Source of the DNA: Lingula anatina
Taxonomy: Eukaryota > Animalia > Brachiopoda
Reading direction: 5' to 3'
Length of the DNA stretch: 64,000 nucleotides
NCBI GenBank assembly: GCA_051362555.1
Contig: CM120640.1
Coordinates: 65,264,788-65,328,787, forward strand
Position numbers and translations under genes: made by a program. Below, piece after piece: positions 24,800 through 38,249 of this stretch. Numbering within the stretch: position 1 is the first letter of the stretch; every line of letters begins with the position of its first letter. Under the pieces are notes generated by a model. That model made no database searches. It had not been told where the DNA came from and was given only the letters and a program-made list of their open reading frames with translations.

Positions 24800-27700
24800 T
24801 TAAGGGATTTAGACAAAAATTGTATTCTAAAAATCAAGTTTTTAAAGAATAATTAAATTTGGACAATTTTTGATCTTACTGATACAAAAAAATACGAGAC
24901 AATTCAAAATATGTAGAAAATTATTCAGGGTTCATATACAAGGGAAAACGGAGCAGGTCATTCAAAGCGTCAAACGTTTCGAATATGCCAATTTATTCTT
25001 CAAACAAACGGTAGTCAAAAGTAACTTTTCCACATGGCCTTCTTTTTACAGCCTGCTCTTTGCAATCCACTTAAATGTGTATGTTTCTCAAGTAGGTTAG
25101 AACGTAAGGATGTCAAGACATTCTAAGTGGCTCGGCGTTTGTTTCAAGAATCTTAAGTTATTGTTGAATCACAATCACACCTTAAAATAACATCTGCACT
25201 GATATGACTGGGAGTTGAAACCATTCCCGCACCCAACAGTCTGTGCGTGTGTGTTCGCAACGCGCGCGCCTTGGCCTGACCAGACAATAAAAGTAGATAA
25301 GTTCATATTTCAAAGTTTCCGATACTGTTTTATTGTTTTTTGTTTGTTTTAGCACGGCGTGCACTGTTCACTATATGTTGCGCCTAATCCAACAAGAGAT
25401 GCAAAGGCCAGGGTAAGCGTGGCAAAATACCAAACCCTTGAGGCAAGTTTGGGTGGAAACACATTAGAGGAAGCTGTCTTTAGAATAACACTAAGAGCTC
25501 AGCAGCGTGTGCTCCAATTTTTCAATAAAACCAAGTAGAACTTTTGATATTGAAACACGCGGAAAAGACATTTCATAAGTTTTAGACATTCCTGGTGTAA
25601 GTGAAGTACTTTGAGCGTTCATATTGGTGGGAGTTCTAATATTTCAGAAATGTTCTCATCAGTGCCAGAACCAATCTTAGACTGATAAAATTCCCTGAGA
25701 CTCCTTGAACAGGTGTGCGCACAGATCCGAGTCTCCGCAATAATAAAACATATCATTTGAACCGCAATTATCTTTCTGGCAGTGAACGGACCACGTCGTT
25801 TTTGTGCAGTCAGCCTTGATATCCGTATATGCTTATATTTACTGTACAAAAATTAAAAGCAATAAGACACCATATTTTTGCTACAAAAAGGATAAATGGA
25901 TGTGCTATCGAAAATAAAAAGTTTAGAATATATTCTTCTGTTTCAAGTAAAGATAACATAACTGCTTATTTTCTATTAAAATATGCCTAAACCAATTTAA
26001 TATTTGTCCCCAAAATAAGGAAACAATAAAAGAATATAAGATTCTAATCGTAACCTCTTAGCCAGATATTTCAAAAGGAGAAATATGATTATGCATAATT
26101 AAAAAGTCATAAAAACATGAAAGGTGAAACTTCTATCCTTGCTGATGGTTTAGCCTAATGAAGACATGAACCAGCAGTTAGAGTAATAAACCCGTTATTT
26201 GTTAAAACATCGTACCCACCCTTCTCGTCGTCTGTGTCTACCGTCTCCAGGGTGGGGCCTAGGACCCCGGGGGTGGTGGGCTGGCCTGACCGCTCATGGA
26301 GCAACATCAGTGATCCCAACAAACAAATCAGTAATTGCTGACACCACAGTTGAACACTTGCACTACGAATCAACATGGTATGCCCGAGAAAACATCAGAA
26401 TCACTCTGAGCCGAGTCCTGAACATATGCACTCTGTTTCATCATCGTCTACGTATCGAATCAGAGAAAATACTGCAGACGTCCGCCGTCAAACGCAACGG
26501 TAGTAAAGATAGAAACGAAAACCTATTTTGTAATTTTTAACTTCCCCCGGATTTTCACAGTTCATTAATTAAGGATTGGCTGAGAAATTTGATGAAACAA
26601 ATGCGGTTTTGCTGAGTTGCATTCCCATCACCCGCGGGGTTCCTACGACACCGCATCAGTTGCTAAGACAACGGACGAATAGATCTCTGCGTGGTTTTGC
26701 GTGACTGAAGATAATACTGGTCGCGCTGACCGGAACGCCGATTGACAATGCTTTGCCAACAAATGGTTTCAGAAATGTATGCGGCGTATATCTACCAGGA
26801 GCAGATTTCTAGAAAATGTAAGTGACGTCAGCTAGGTTCTTCTCCAGACTTTTCGAAGCAGGGTCAGAGGTCATAAAGAGACAGTGCCACTTGAGGGAAA
26901 CTTTTGCAGCGACCGGGAACTTGAACGGGGAGCAATTAGAAAACGTTCATTAGACCAATTTCCATCAAAATAGACGACCTGATTACAAAATAATGCCAAG
27001 AAAGTGGATCTGGCAGGCGTTCCCGACAAAAGATTAATGGCAAGTGAAGTTGAAAGTGAAAGACGGGTTGTGAGCAAAGAGAACTGTAACAATGCGAGGG
27101 ACAAGTGTTCTTACTGTGAAAATGGTGCAATTATAATCCGGTGCTAAGTGGCACGACGGCTTTATTGGCCGCACTGTTTGAGATCTTTAGCTAATTTGAT
27201 GAATCTCTTCCCTCACTGAGGTTGTCAGTTGATTGCTGCAGTGCGTTGCATTGGGGAGCGATGGAGGAGGAGACTTGCTCCTAGGTATGGTGCAACATCA
27301 TATTAGAGAAAAAGACGAAATGATTTGATAGAACAAATAATAAATCAGATCAAAAACTTATCGGGGGTAAAAAAAAGAGTCTCGTATTTCACTCCACTCT
27401 GTCTGCTTTCGGTATAATTCTGGCAGAGCAATACGTCTGGAATGTTGACCGTGAACTGCACGCGCACAAGGCGGTGCTCTGTTTACTTTAAAAGAAGAGT
27501 GTTTACGTATCAAATGAAAACTTTCAAACACTTGATAAAGATGTGTTATTTGAAAGAATTAGTGATATCTATACAGAAACAGGTTCAATCTGTGTAAAAA
27601 AAAAGCCTTAGCTCTTTTTTCAGCTTATGATGATTGTAAGTATAACTTTTGGGATTTATCTGGCGATAAGATTTATCTGGCGGTATTTTGTAGCCTAATT

Positions 27701-30700
27701 CTTATAGACATAAACGTACTCCTCGCCCATAAGGGATACGTTTTAATAAACATTAATACCAATATGCAATGAGACCCTTGTCTAACGCATAGCTCGACTG
27801 ATTCTTCACAATACGTTCGAAAAAGACGACCCCTGTTAAAATTATTTTGTTACTGACTGAATCCAAAGTATTGAAAGTTATTTTCACCATAGAAGTTGAC
27901 GACCCGAAAAATAGCAGTTGTGAATATAAGATGTCCATACCTATTTTAGAACAAATTTAGTGCTAATTGATTTGTGTTATCATGACACGTTGTGTGCTGT
28001 AGAAACGGGTAATTTCAAGAAGAATAAAAGAGGCAGAATTAAAAAGTCAGGAGTATAAAATATTCTTCACAGCCATCAATGCCCAGTGAACACGAGAACG
28101 TGTTAAACCCGAATACATGCTCTTTCAATTTCCTGGTGTCTAATAAAATGTATACAATAAAGCTGTTTATTTACAAAGTACGGGGCTGAAGATATTTCTT
28201 ACAGGCCAAAGCACCATGCACTCCCTCCCGTTCTAAATACCTGTATCAGTTTATAATGTCACAGGTTAGCTCAATCGTAGGCAACACTGCCAGTTCCTTT
28301 TTTTGTAACACATTCTGTGAATAAGTATACCAAATTGAATTCAAACTTCTAGAGGTATGTAGGGCCTAATAGTATATTTTCCTGTCGTTTAGATCATTCA
28401 AATTCTAAAAGATTGTAGTCCTACTTTAATCTTTCGATGTCAAACTATTTGATTTCCCATGAAATCTGTCTTATCAAAATATCAGCCTGTTATGTAACAA
28501 ATTTCAATGTATATAAAATTGTGTCAGAACATGCCTGCATGGAAATACTTTCACTAATGTGGACATGCCAAGTGTAGTTCAACATTACTTTTGTGACTTT
28601 TGCAAGAATTTTTCGCTGAATTTGATTTTGAATCAGAAGGGATCTACGGGTAATATAACGAATGCTTAATGAAAATAAAATTATCAATCCCCTCGTAATG
28701 AAATTAGACTATGAATAGAAAGTGCAAGGGCAGCAGCACCTCCAGGCAAAGTGATATCAATACTCAAATCCTAATTTAGTCACCTGTATAATTCAAACTG
28801 CATAATATACGTTATAAATAGATACATTCAATCACGAACCTTCTATAAATAGCTCCCTTTAGCACCTGTATATTGTGCCTTTTAATCGTCCGCATTCTAA
28901 CGCATTAATACAACATCGACGTTGAATTAACTTTGAATAAATACCCAGCTTGCCCAAGAACATTGACTTTATTATATAACTATAACTAGTACAAGTTCAC
29001 AGGGTGCTTAAAACGGTAATGTTTTAATCAAATAGGCCCTATGTGTGCGTCTTTTCCAGTGAAAATGCTTTAAGAAGGTTTACGTATGTTATCGTTTACG
29101 TCACTGTTCATTCACAAAAGCATTGTATTTCTTTTGCTATTTTTTCCAATTCAAAGTTGGATTTCAAAACAAAATCAAAATGGTTGTTTTACAAAAAGGC
29201 GTTCCAAAAAGACGAGAAAAGCCGGTCTTATGCTTCCAGCAGTATAGCAAAGTGCTGCTCACATCTTTATATACATTGGGTTAAGGATGGGAAAGAGTAA
29301 ATTCATCCCTTTGGATCTCTAAAGCAGACTCCTTTACATTCCAATTAAAATTGTGAAAAAATCGCAAGATATTTGTTTAACTAGTATAGGTTTTATCATT
29401 TATCTTAATGTTATAATTCCTTTATTTGGACCATATGCCGTTTAAACCCCTACATTTTCCGCACTTGTGGTCACACATGAATACAGCTGAATAAAACCCA
29501 GTCACATTATTCAATTGAATCATAGTATATACCCTGTCATCGGACCTCTGTGCGTTAACATCACAAATATCCTGTGGGGTCTTTCCAGCCATACCCAATA
29601 CCAGTGTTACGTTTAAACAAGCACATATAAGAACATGTTAGATCATATTGTTCGATCACGCCTGGCGAAACAGCTTTTCAATGGTTTGACATTGAGGCGT
29701 GGAAGTCTATGTGACACGGACAACTGTTGGTCATTATCAAAGTTTTGAGATCAGTCGACTTGAAATCAGCCAACCGCTGGGGCGTTCGTGTCAAAAGTTC
29801 TAATGACGTAGACGTCCATTCTTTTACATCACGTTTGAAATAAGACCCAGTTGTTTTTCTCTTTTAAACATGGTTCGATATCTGGAGCACAGCCTTATTT
29901 AACACGTGTATAGTAAATGTAATCTGTGATAATATAACCAACACTTGTGTCACTAGCAGGCTATTTGCATGTATATGTAGGCCTACAGTATCGAATAATT
30001 CTGTAATAAAATCAGTTTTTCCCTTTTATCCGTTACACTTTAAGAGATCAAAAACAATCATAACCGCCTAAAACAAACAACTGTAAAGTCAATAAAAATA
30101 CAATATTAAAGTTATAAACAAAAAATCATTTTCTAACTTATTCCACGATGAAACAATGATGAGAAATCTAGTAGGCTAATTGTAGTGATTTCATGATATG
30201 ATTACCAAAAATCCATAAAATTTGAATTTTCCCTGAACTACATGTATCCTAATTGTCATAAACAAAAAATACCGTGTCTTCACAACAGCTATGCCATGTG
30301 TCTACTCAATATATTTGATATATTTCCACTTCATTTCATCACATTCATATATTGATAGATAGATAGAAAGATAGATAGATAGCCATACCTTCGTAATTGT
30401 TCATCTATTAGAATTTTTTTTCCATTTCTTAATGCTCTACTGATTAGGTTTAATAATGTGAAACCATATACCTATAAAGATCCCCCTTTTGCATAGATGC
30501 GTTGTATTCATTATGACACCCTATCTTCTGAGTATTCCAATATTTTTAATAAAATGTTGAAAAAGTTGATTTCACAGTTTTCAGGAAAGGTTTAATTTGA
30601 AACCCATGCCATATGACATTTATTTCACATCCCTATCCAGATTCAGGTATTTTTTTCTTTCTTCTTCATTTATTTATCTGTTATTTAATTAATTCATTCA

Positions 30701-33700
30701 TTTGTTTATTCTTCTATTTTCTTTATTGTAAATAATTGTGCAGTACTCCACATGAAAAATTAAATCTATCACTAATGAACTGACTATTCAGAATTTCACT
30801 TTATTTCAGTTTTTGCCTTTGTAATTGAATGTTCATTACACTACAACATATTGGAAGTAGCAAGAATCATTGATAGAATTATTGATTGAAATACTGAAAT
30901 TTCGTATATTCTTAAAGAGTCCAATTTCTTTTAAACAAAATTCTTGGGAAATGGATTTATACTGAGATAAAGATGGAATAGTGATTGACTTTATTTGGGT
31001 TAATTCTGTTAATTCTAAATTGCTGGTTAAAATTTTAACTTTAAAATGAGAATTTCCCACCATTTTGTGGTGGATAATTTTAATCATTGGACGTTGCATT
31101 GGAATGTGGCAAAAAAGCAGGCCACACGGAACAAGGAACAGATTTTTTTTGTATATTTATATAATATCTGTAGGAAAATGTCACACAAAAAAGAACACTT
31201 TTTGTGTTGAATGTTTGGAGTGGTAACGGGTTTCAAACATTGCATGTACCATGAGTGACTATCAAAAACGATGGTACGATGGAGACCAAATTGCACATGT
31301 AGGCCCCTATATTGCTTACTATTTCAACGTATTATTACATGAACCACGAAAGAAATGAATGTAAGAAACTAATGAAAGAAATTATGCAGGTGCAAAGAAA
31401 GATTACCTACCCTGTTATAGCAGAGAAATTTGGAGCGCAACAGGGGTAGATCCAGGATTTATTGAAGGGGGGGGGGGCGTTTTTTTTTTTTTTAGGAATG
31501 ACAGGCCTCGGATTCGAAACCGACCCTCGCCCCGCTTAAGGGCTTCGTAAATATTTGGATTTTTTTAGGGCAAACGGTGCCATTTGGTAATTTTCAGAAC
31601 TATGCTTCAGGTAGTAAAAATTCTAATTTCAAGGGGGGGGGGGATATTGGTTTAATTTTTTTAAGAAACCGAAGGGGGTGTCAGGACCCCCCTGACCTCC
31701 CCACCCCCCAAATCCGCCACTGTGCAAGTAGCGAAGTTTCTCAAGCTTTGTATTTTTTGTTATAAGAATGAAACACAATCTAATTAAGAACTCTTTCTTG
31801 TTTCTATCACCACATTATTTAAAACATAACCAGGTCAGGACCTACGTGAATTGTTTTACACTAATTGTGGGGAATTTTTTATATCTGCACGTTCTTGAAT
31901 TTTGTTGATTGTCTCTGTGGAAAGGTGCTTATCTTATGAGTTCAGATAAAGTAGGTCAGAAGACGTGGCGCAGTTCTCAAGGATTTCACAAGAAGCGTGA
32001 CACAATGACGAATGTTATTGGTCGTAGTCAGACACAATTCCTCTACAAATGATGCTGGTGTTATTCCAAAATACACATTCAGTTTTACAAAAAGCATCCT
32101 ATAACATAGCGGTTAAAGCTTAAGTCAATCAAAAGTCTGTTTGAACGAACCCGCTGAAACTGTTTATTGAACGTTAAGATTCTGTTCATTCATGTCTAGC
32201 GTTTTCAGTTGGGTAACATTTACAACTTTGGGTATATTTTCCTTTTCTATCCTACTAAATAATAACTGATAGAATGGAATGTATTGACTTTTTCGTGTAC
32301 GTTTTTGCTCTTTTACATGTCGACTAACTGGCAATTTGTTCAATGAGGTAGATATGAATAAACTCGGCAGGTCGGCTTTTGTGAATGAGGGGGTCTTATT
32401 TCAACACAAAGATATACAATATTATTTTCCTACTGTTTTATGTTTTTGTTGCTGTTTAATTAGGCGAGCCGGCCCACGTGGCCTGAGCGCGACCAGCTTG
32501 CAGTTAAGCAGTCCTTTTACAAGGTGTTCCAAAATCAGGCTGGTTGTGATGATAGAAATGTATAACCTATATCTCCATTGTTGGGGTATTTTTAACAGCA
32601 CGCAACAAAACGTCACACATAAAAGACTTCTAAAAGACTTCAGAAATCTTTCGCTACACCGCATAACCACACCTGTTCTTTTGAGCGCACCAGCTCTCTC
32701 GACCCGCTAGCATTATCAATTATTTGGCAAAAGAAGTGTAATAGATATGTAAACAGAAAAATCCCGGGGTCACAAAAGATACACACATCTTCAAAACAAA
32801 TGTCAAATAGCAAACGACCCCCGCTATGGCGAGATAGCATGTAACAAGGTAAATGAATTTAAAGGCCGAAGATTCTATTACTCCCCATTTGAGTATATTG
32901 CAGTAAAGATATGATTTACAAGAATTGAAGCGTTTACTAATTAATATAATTCCATGCATCTAAAGAATTATCCTCTGCTACAAGTAAATTAAATCATATT
33001 GATATTGCTCAGTGTATGAATGATAATTATGGACACATGTCTCTATCTCTCTGACTTAGAAAAATTTTGTTCTTCTCCAAAAAAAGGAAAGTGGGCCAAG
33101 GAACGAGTAAATTGCATCTTCGACTTTAGGTATTAACACTCCATAATCAAAAGTAAATTTGTCTCATCTTGTCAGACGTCCCCAGTTTTTTTAATCTTTT
33201 GTTTTCCCTCATGTATTCATTATTTATCGATTTACAACAGTGTACGAAATTTATTGGGCTAATGAATTTTGTAAACAAATACGATTTCAGTGTGCATATA
33301 CAGTGTAAATAATCTTAAACGTTCATAAATAATATGTTTATCCTGTATAGATGAATTTATAACGCTAAAAACTATAAAAATGTTTTATTTAATCAATAAA
33401 ATTTAATCACCCAGAACCAAAGGTACTATTTTTGACTATTTCCAACATTTACGATGTCTTAACATTTTTTTTTTACTTCTTGGATTTAGCTTTTAATGTT
33501 AGTCATTTCGCACGCGTAGACTCAGTCCATAATCACACACTATAATTGTATTATTCTTATAATTCATATTTAGAAATGTTTCCGTCATCCATGGCCTGAT
33601 ATGACATTTGACCACCGGCCGCTGGTTCACGGCCACAGAAGAATTCAAACTCACAAACATATTTTTTCATTCAAAGAAAAAATTACTTATCAATTCTTGT

Positions 33701-36700
33701 GTAAAAATGACCTCAATTTCCCCATAAGTTGGGCAACACATTGCCACCGGTTCAATTGCCCATCTGTTTGCATGCAAGGACATGAACTTAGACCATCGCG
33801 CCGAAGTGTGGATCTCAGCCATCTCATTTCAAATAAAGCCACCCAGTTACAATGGAACGCAAGGAAAGACACTTAAAAGTCCTTGTTGCACCAGGCTTGC
33901 CACCGCATAGAGAATGAATTTGGCCCACTATGACCCTCTTCCAAAGTTGGGGTTTGACGATATTTGACAGTCAATTCATAAATCTGTAATACTGAACTTT
34001 ATATATTGATGTAACAGGAGCTGAAGTCAGTGCCAAATAAAAGACTACTGTCAAGCTTAAGTAACCGACAGAGTCTCATGAGTAAAAAATTCCCAAAGGA
34101 AACAAACAAATAACCTTTGATACCTCGAGTCTGTAACTTTGCATCTGGTTCCCCCACAAATTCCTATCCAAACATTGTCAATATTCAAACAGCATGCTCT
34201 GTCACCGAAACTATTTGCAACTAATTATATTTCGCAGCTGTATGCACAAAGCAACATTTCTAGGAACTGTGTCTTATTTCCCATTGCATTAATTTCCTTG
34301 AATCTGTTTTCAGATAGCGTCTTTACAGAAACGTGGGTCGTTAATTACGCACACAAAAAGTGGATCGAAGCATTGAGGAGAAAGCCCCATCGCACCAAAG
34401 ACCACTGCTCATAATCTTAGAAAAACCAATGGTCCAAAAAAGTCCCATCTCTTTATCAAAATCAGCTCGAGTATTTTTTTCTTCAGATGTTCCCACCTGG
34501 TGTTCATACCCTCGCTGAGATTTCAGCTTCACTGCCTTGCTTATAAGTGGTTCCAATCACAGTCAAAAAGAATATTCTTAACTATTACCATTCCATCATT
34601 CTGAAACTATTGCAAGCATTTCGAGGGTGGCCAGATGCTCTAGATGAAGTTGTGTTATGCCTGGTATTCGAAGGAATTCACAACAATAGGACTGTGTAAT
34701 ACGTGATGTGTAAAGATTCCACTGTTATGTGGATCGAGATGGCGTGGGTATGTAGCAGCACGGGACTGGCCTTATCAGTCAACCCAATCAATGGTACTCA
34801 ATACAAATATCAATTTAACTACATGTACTTCATACATTGGGATAAAAAGGGCAAGCGAAAAGAGGTTAATTAATTAAATTAGTTCTTGTGCTTGAATTAA
34901 CTGAAGGATCTCATTCTGAAATCGATAGGTAAACCCAGAAATACACTTGTAAAACGCTGCTGCGATGCTCACTATTGAGATCCTGTAAACCTTGTGTAAT
35001 TCGCGTAATGTTATTACCCAGAAAATTGTTCTTGAGGAAGGTTGTTTTCCTGCACTTAAACGAATCTCAATTTTAATTTCCATCTAAAAATCTAATTCAG
35101 ATCCAAGGCAGGCAACGTCACTGGTGATGGTCGGGTGGTGGGGGAATAGAATGGTAAACGGTGACCCAGCCATTTGTTCCCCAAGCGTGTTGGTGTTTTA
35201 TGAGTAGGTTCCCAGTCACCCAAACGCTATCCTGCCTACTATACGGCACCAAGACACACCCGTAGAGAGCACAGTGCTGGTATTGTTTCTTTGGGCGTCA
35301 GCTTTGACATGACTGTTATTTGTCCCGACTACAGTCCAAGAGCGAGTGTACAAGTGGTACACGGTGTCACAACTGATGATTGGACCTTCAAGTTCGATCA
35401 CTTAGTTACACCATGATCTGCCTCTGCAAAACTACTTAACAAGTTCCATGTAGATTGTTCTGTAAGGGGGTTTAAGGCCATTTGAAAAAATATATGCTAT
35501 ACAGGTATATATGTCATTGAAAATTTTTAGATATGACAGAAAGAACTCGTGACAAAATAGTTAACTTACATCGGTTATCTGCAACTGGCAAAATAAATGT
35601 TTTGACACTTTTTCTACAAATTACATTTACAGGAAATCATGAACGTAATAGCCGGGTACATGCAGACAGACAGCATTTTTGTTTTCTTTAATTTAATACC
35701 AACAACCAGATGAAAAAATGTGTATTAACTATATTCAAGTAGGAAATAAGATTATTCAAAGCACATGGAAACGCCGGTACCTTGATCGTGTATTGTAATT
35801 GATACGGCATATCGTTGAGTAATCCGTAACCCTATAGACTTTTTTAAATTAGGGATTATAAAATATGTTCCCAATAAGATATTTTGGGAACAAGGATTGT
35901 CATCTAGGAAAAACGTAATGGACCATTTATAAGATATTAACATTTTCAGATTTTCCACAAAAGAAATAATTACAGGCGGGGCTCTTTTAAATGAGCTGAC
36001 AATTTAAATGTACTTCACCATTAACAGAAAAAAATGCAACTAAAACTAAATGTGGCATTTTCTCGCCGCATGATCATGACAGTGCAGGAACTTGTTAGTC
36101 AGAACCAGTAACTGGAGACAATTTGTCCTATTCATCCTTCTCAAAAAAGAACTCCAGACAATAAAAGTGAAGTTATCTATGTCATCCGAGAAAGATTAAT
36201 CACGCATGCGCCCAGATTTTAATTATGATCAGTTCGTCATTTAGATTATAAAATTTTTACCAGTAAGGTATCTCGTATCGCCAATTTCTGGGCCGGTGCA
36301 CACCCTGCTAATCTACGGCTCTATCTACCCCTGCTCGTTGGTGATAACAGTAAATACTTGAGCAAACTTTTTAACCAATTCCCTGAGAAAACATCTGGAG
36401 GCGAAGTTTTTACGTTACAGCGGCTCTGTGATGGGTAAGGCCGTGTCACAAAATTGAAAGATCTCATTTTCCTCCCGCGGAAGTACTGTAAGATTAAACT
36501 TCTACTGAAACTAAACTTGGCTCCGACTGTTTCTCCATGCTATATAGTCACACTGTATGTGAGCTCTCGGAGCCGCCACATAATCCCCCCCTTTTCAGGT
36601 TTTCCTGCCAAGAAAAATATGATTTTGGGTCCCCAGCGCTGTGGTGTATTGTCACCTGGCTCGTGGTAGGCAGGTCTATGTTTAAAAAATAAACAAATCA

Positions 36701-38249
36701 CACAAAACCTGCCCGCGTTCAAACCACAATATTGCTGAGTGAGGTCAGGGGGGAGATGTAACGACATAAAAACAAAAACAAGCACTTGTACACACCTCTA
36801 AAGAGAACAGTGCATAATTATAACAACTTGCGTGAGGGTGGTACGCGGGACAGGCCCGAGTGATCAGACTTGGATGTCAATGATAACTTGAAAATGTTGT
36901 GATTTTCATGGCTTCCTCAGCTCTCTCCCCCCGTAATAGCTCGGTCCACCGTGATTGCCATAGTTTCATTAATAACAATATTTCACCTCCTTGCTGACCT
37001 GTGATGTAACGCTAAACTACGACACCTGTCCCGGCCACGAGCGTTATGTTTAAAATTTCTACACAGTTACAGACCAAATCAATTGCACGTGCCTACATAA
37101 CCCATGCCTGCGTACACTCGATATATCTTTTGTTCAGCCACTTTACGCAGTTCAAGATTCGTAAAAAAAATATGATATTTGATTTGCTAAAAATTGTTTA
37201 AATATCCCTATTAATACATTATGTGCGTTATTTGTGACAGATATGGGGCATTTGGCTGGCAGGTGGAAGATTGACGTTTATGAAAATGTTGAACAGTTCA
37301 GTTCCCCAGCAACTTTGAAGTGGCAAATAACCAAGGTCGCTACCCAGATTTACAGTAAATATGACTGACAAATAGAACTACCATCCAGTTTACCCAGCTC
37401 TCCATAGTATTGACGACTGTGAAATAGAGGTGGACGTATGAGGGATTAACCCCCGAATTAAGTCAAGTTCAAACATTATTAAAGGTTGAGCAAGTCACGC
37501 CCCCGCCGCCTGCTCGGACTGAAGTCTATAAACTTATCTATTACTGGCTTAGTCAGAGAATATCGCAACTTTTACAATCTGCAAATAATCTCATTCTTAT
37601 CCTATGTTTTTCGAATAAAATTGTTTTTCTTCCCGAGAACATTAAAAAAACCCTGCTTCGTATGCTCTCAATATTTGAAAGTGTTTTGGAAATTTATGAA
37701 CCTTTTTGAATTGCAACCAATTTAATAGACATTAGAGAAATGACACTGACAACGGAGGGTTAATTATTATTTCCGAAATAAATGTTTCACTGTAGAATTT
37801 TATTGCCCAGAATTAAAACTATGGCTGGTTGGTTTTGATTCATTAGTATATGATTGGGAAACAAGACTAAAATCATGCGTCAAGACCCTACCACTGATAT
37901 AAAATTTCTCCTTTTTCATTTTATAATTGTTTTATGAATTCAATTTTAAACATATTTACAAGTTCATTTACCTATCTATTTATCTATTGTAGTGTAAAGC
38001 AGTCATGCACATCTCTTAACTGAAATATTACAGAATCTAATGATGCCACTGGCAAATGAAGGAAACCAACTTCTCTAAATCACTCCGAGAAGTATCCATA
38101 AAAACATTTGACAAAGAACCAACTGATTTGACAACCAGGTAAATAATATACTTACTTCGTTTTCCTCTCTCTGGGGCGCCTCGGATGCCAGTTAACTTGC
38201 TAAGGTATGTCAGTATAAAAGTTAAAGTTAACAAATTCACCAACCGCAT
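19652..38249 (-). CDS. RSPO: R-spondin (SP-Fu1-Fu2-TSP1-basic tail); distal-exon isoform, 310 aa
   Basis: Exons 38156-38249 (signal peptide plus RGKR), 21479-21670 (Fu1 CPHGCTSCSAVNGCVTCRPKMFMLLQRNGMRQTGVCVHACPNGYYG), 21084-21233 (Fu2 CKIENCDSCFNRHYCTSC...CLESCP), 20524-20709 (TSP1 CMVGPWGSWGTC...CGYKYGTESRSREI...C), 19652-19962 (K/R-rich tail). All introns are GT-AG phase 1, one domain per exon as in vertebrate RSPO genes. Confidence 0.92.
24751..24799. repeat. (AAT)n microsatellite
   Basis: Direct inspection. Confidence 0.95.
26220..26376 (-). CDS. RSPO: Alternative proximal first coding exon of R-spondin (second signal peptide); isoform 331 aa
   Basis: MLIRSASVQLWCQQLLICLLGSLMLLHERSGQPTTPGVLGPTLETVDTDDEK; ACCATG start context; donor G|GTGGGT in phase 1, in frame with the Fu1 exon; CCAAT, X-box-like and CRE motifs upstream. 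Confidence 0.55.
26575..26830 (-). promoter_or_regulatory. Putative proximal R-spondin promoter
   Basis: CCAAT (~26575-26579), X-box-like GTTGCTAAGACAAC (26659-26672) and full CRE TGACGTCA (26823-26830) in a CpG-richer patch. Confidence 0.4.
31441..31722. mobile_element. Short non-autonomous repeat of the CAGGGG(C/T)(G/A)GATCC...ATCCGCCACTG type
   Basis: Termini CAGGGGTAGATCCAGGATTT and CCCCCAAATCCGCCACTG with internal poly-G runs; a related end (ATCTACCCCTG) occurs at ~36323-36333. Confidence 0.6.
33730..33962 (-). pseudogene. Possible highly decayed LTR-retrotransposon integrase zinc-finger fragment
   Basis: Minus frame reads IVKPQLWKRVIVGQIHSLCGGKPGATRTFKCLSLRSIVTGWLYLK*D, loosely resembling the H-x-GGHxG-xx-RT-xxx-L-xx-R-xx-W pattern of Gypsy integrases; contains stops. 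Confidence 0.2.

Noticed and set aside
34314-34700. Exon-like plus-strand segments (…ILKLLQAFRGWPDALDEVVLCL…)
   Set aside because: Interrupted by stops and unidentifiable; cannot support a pseudogene call
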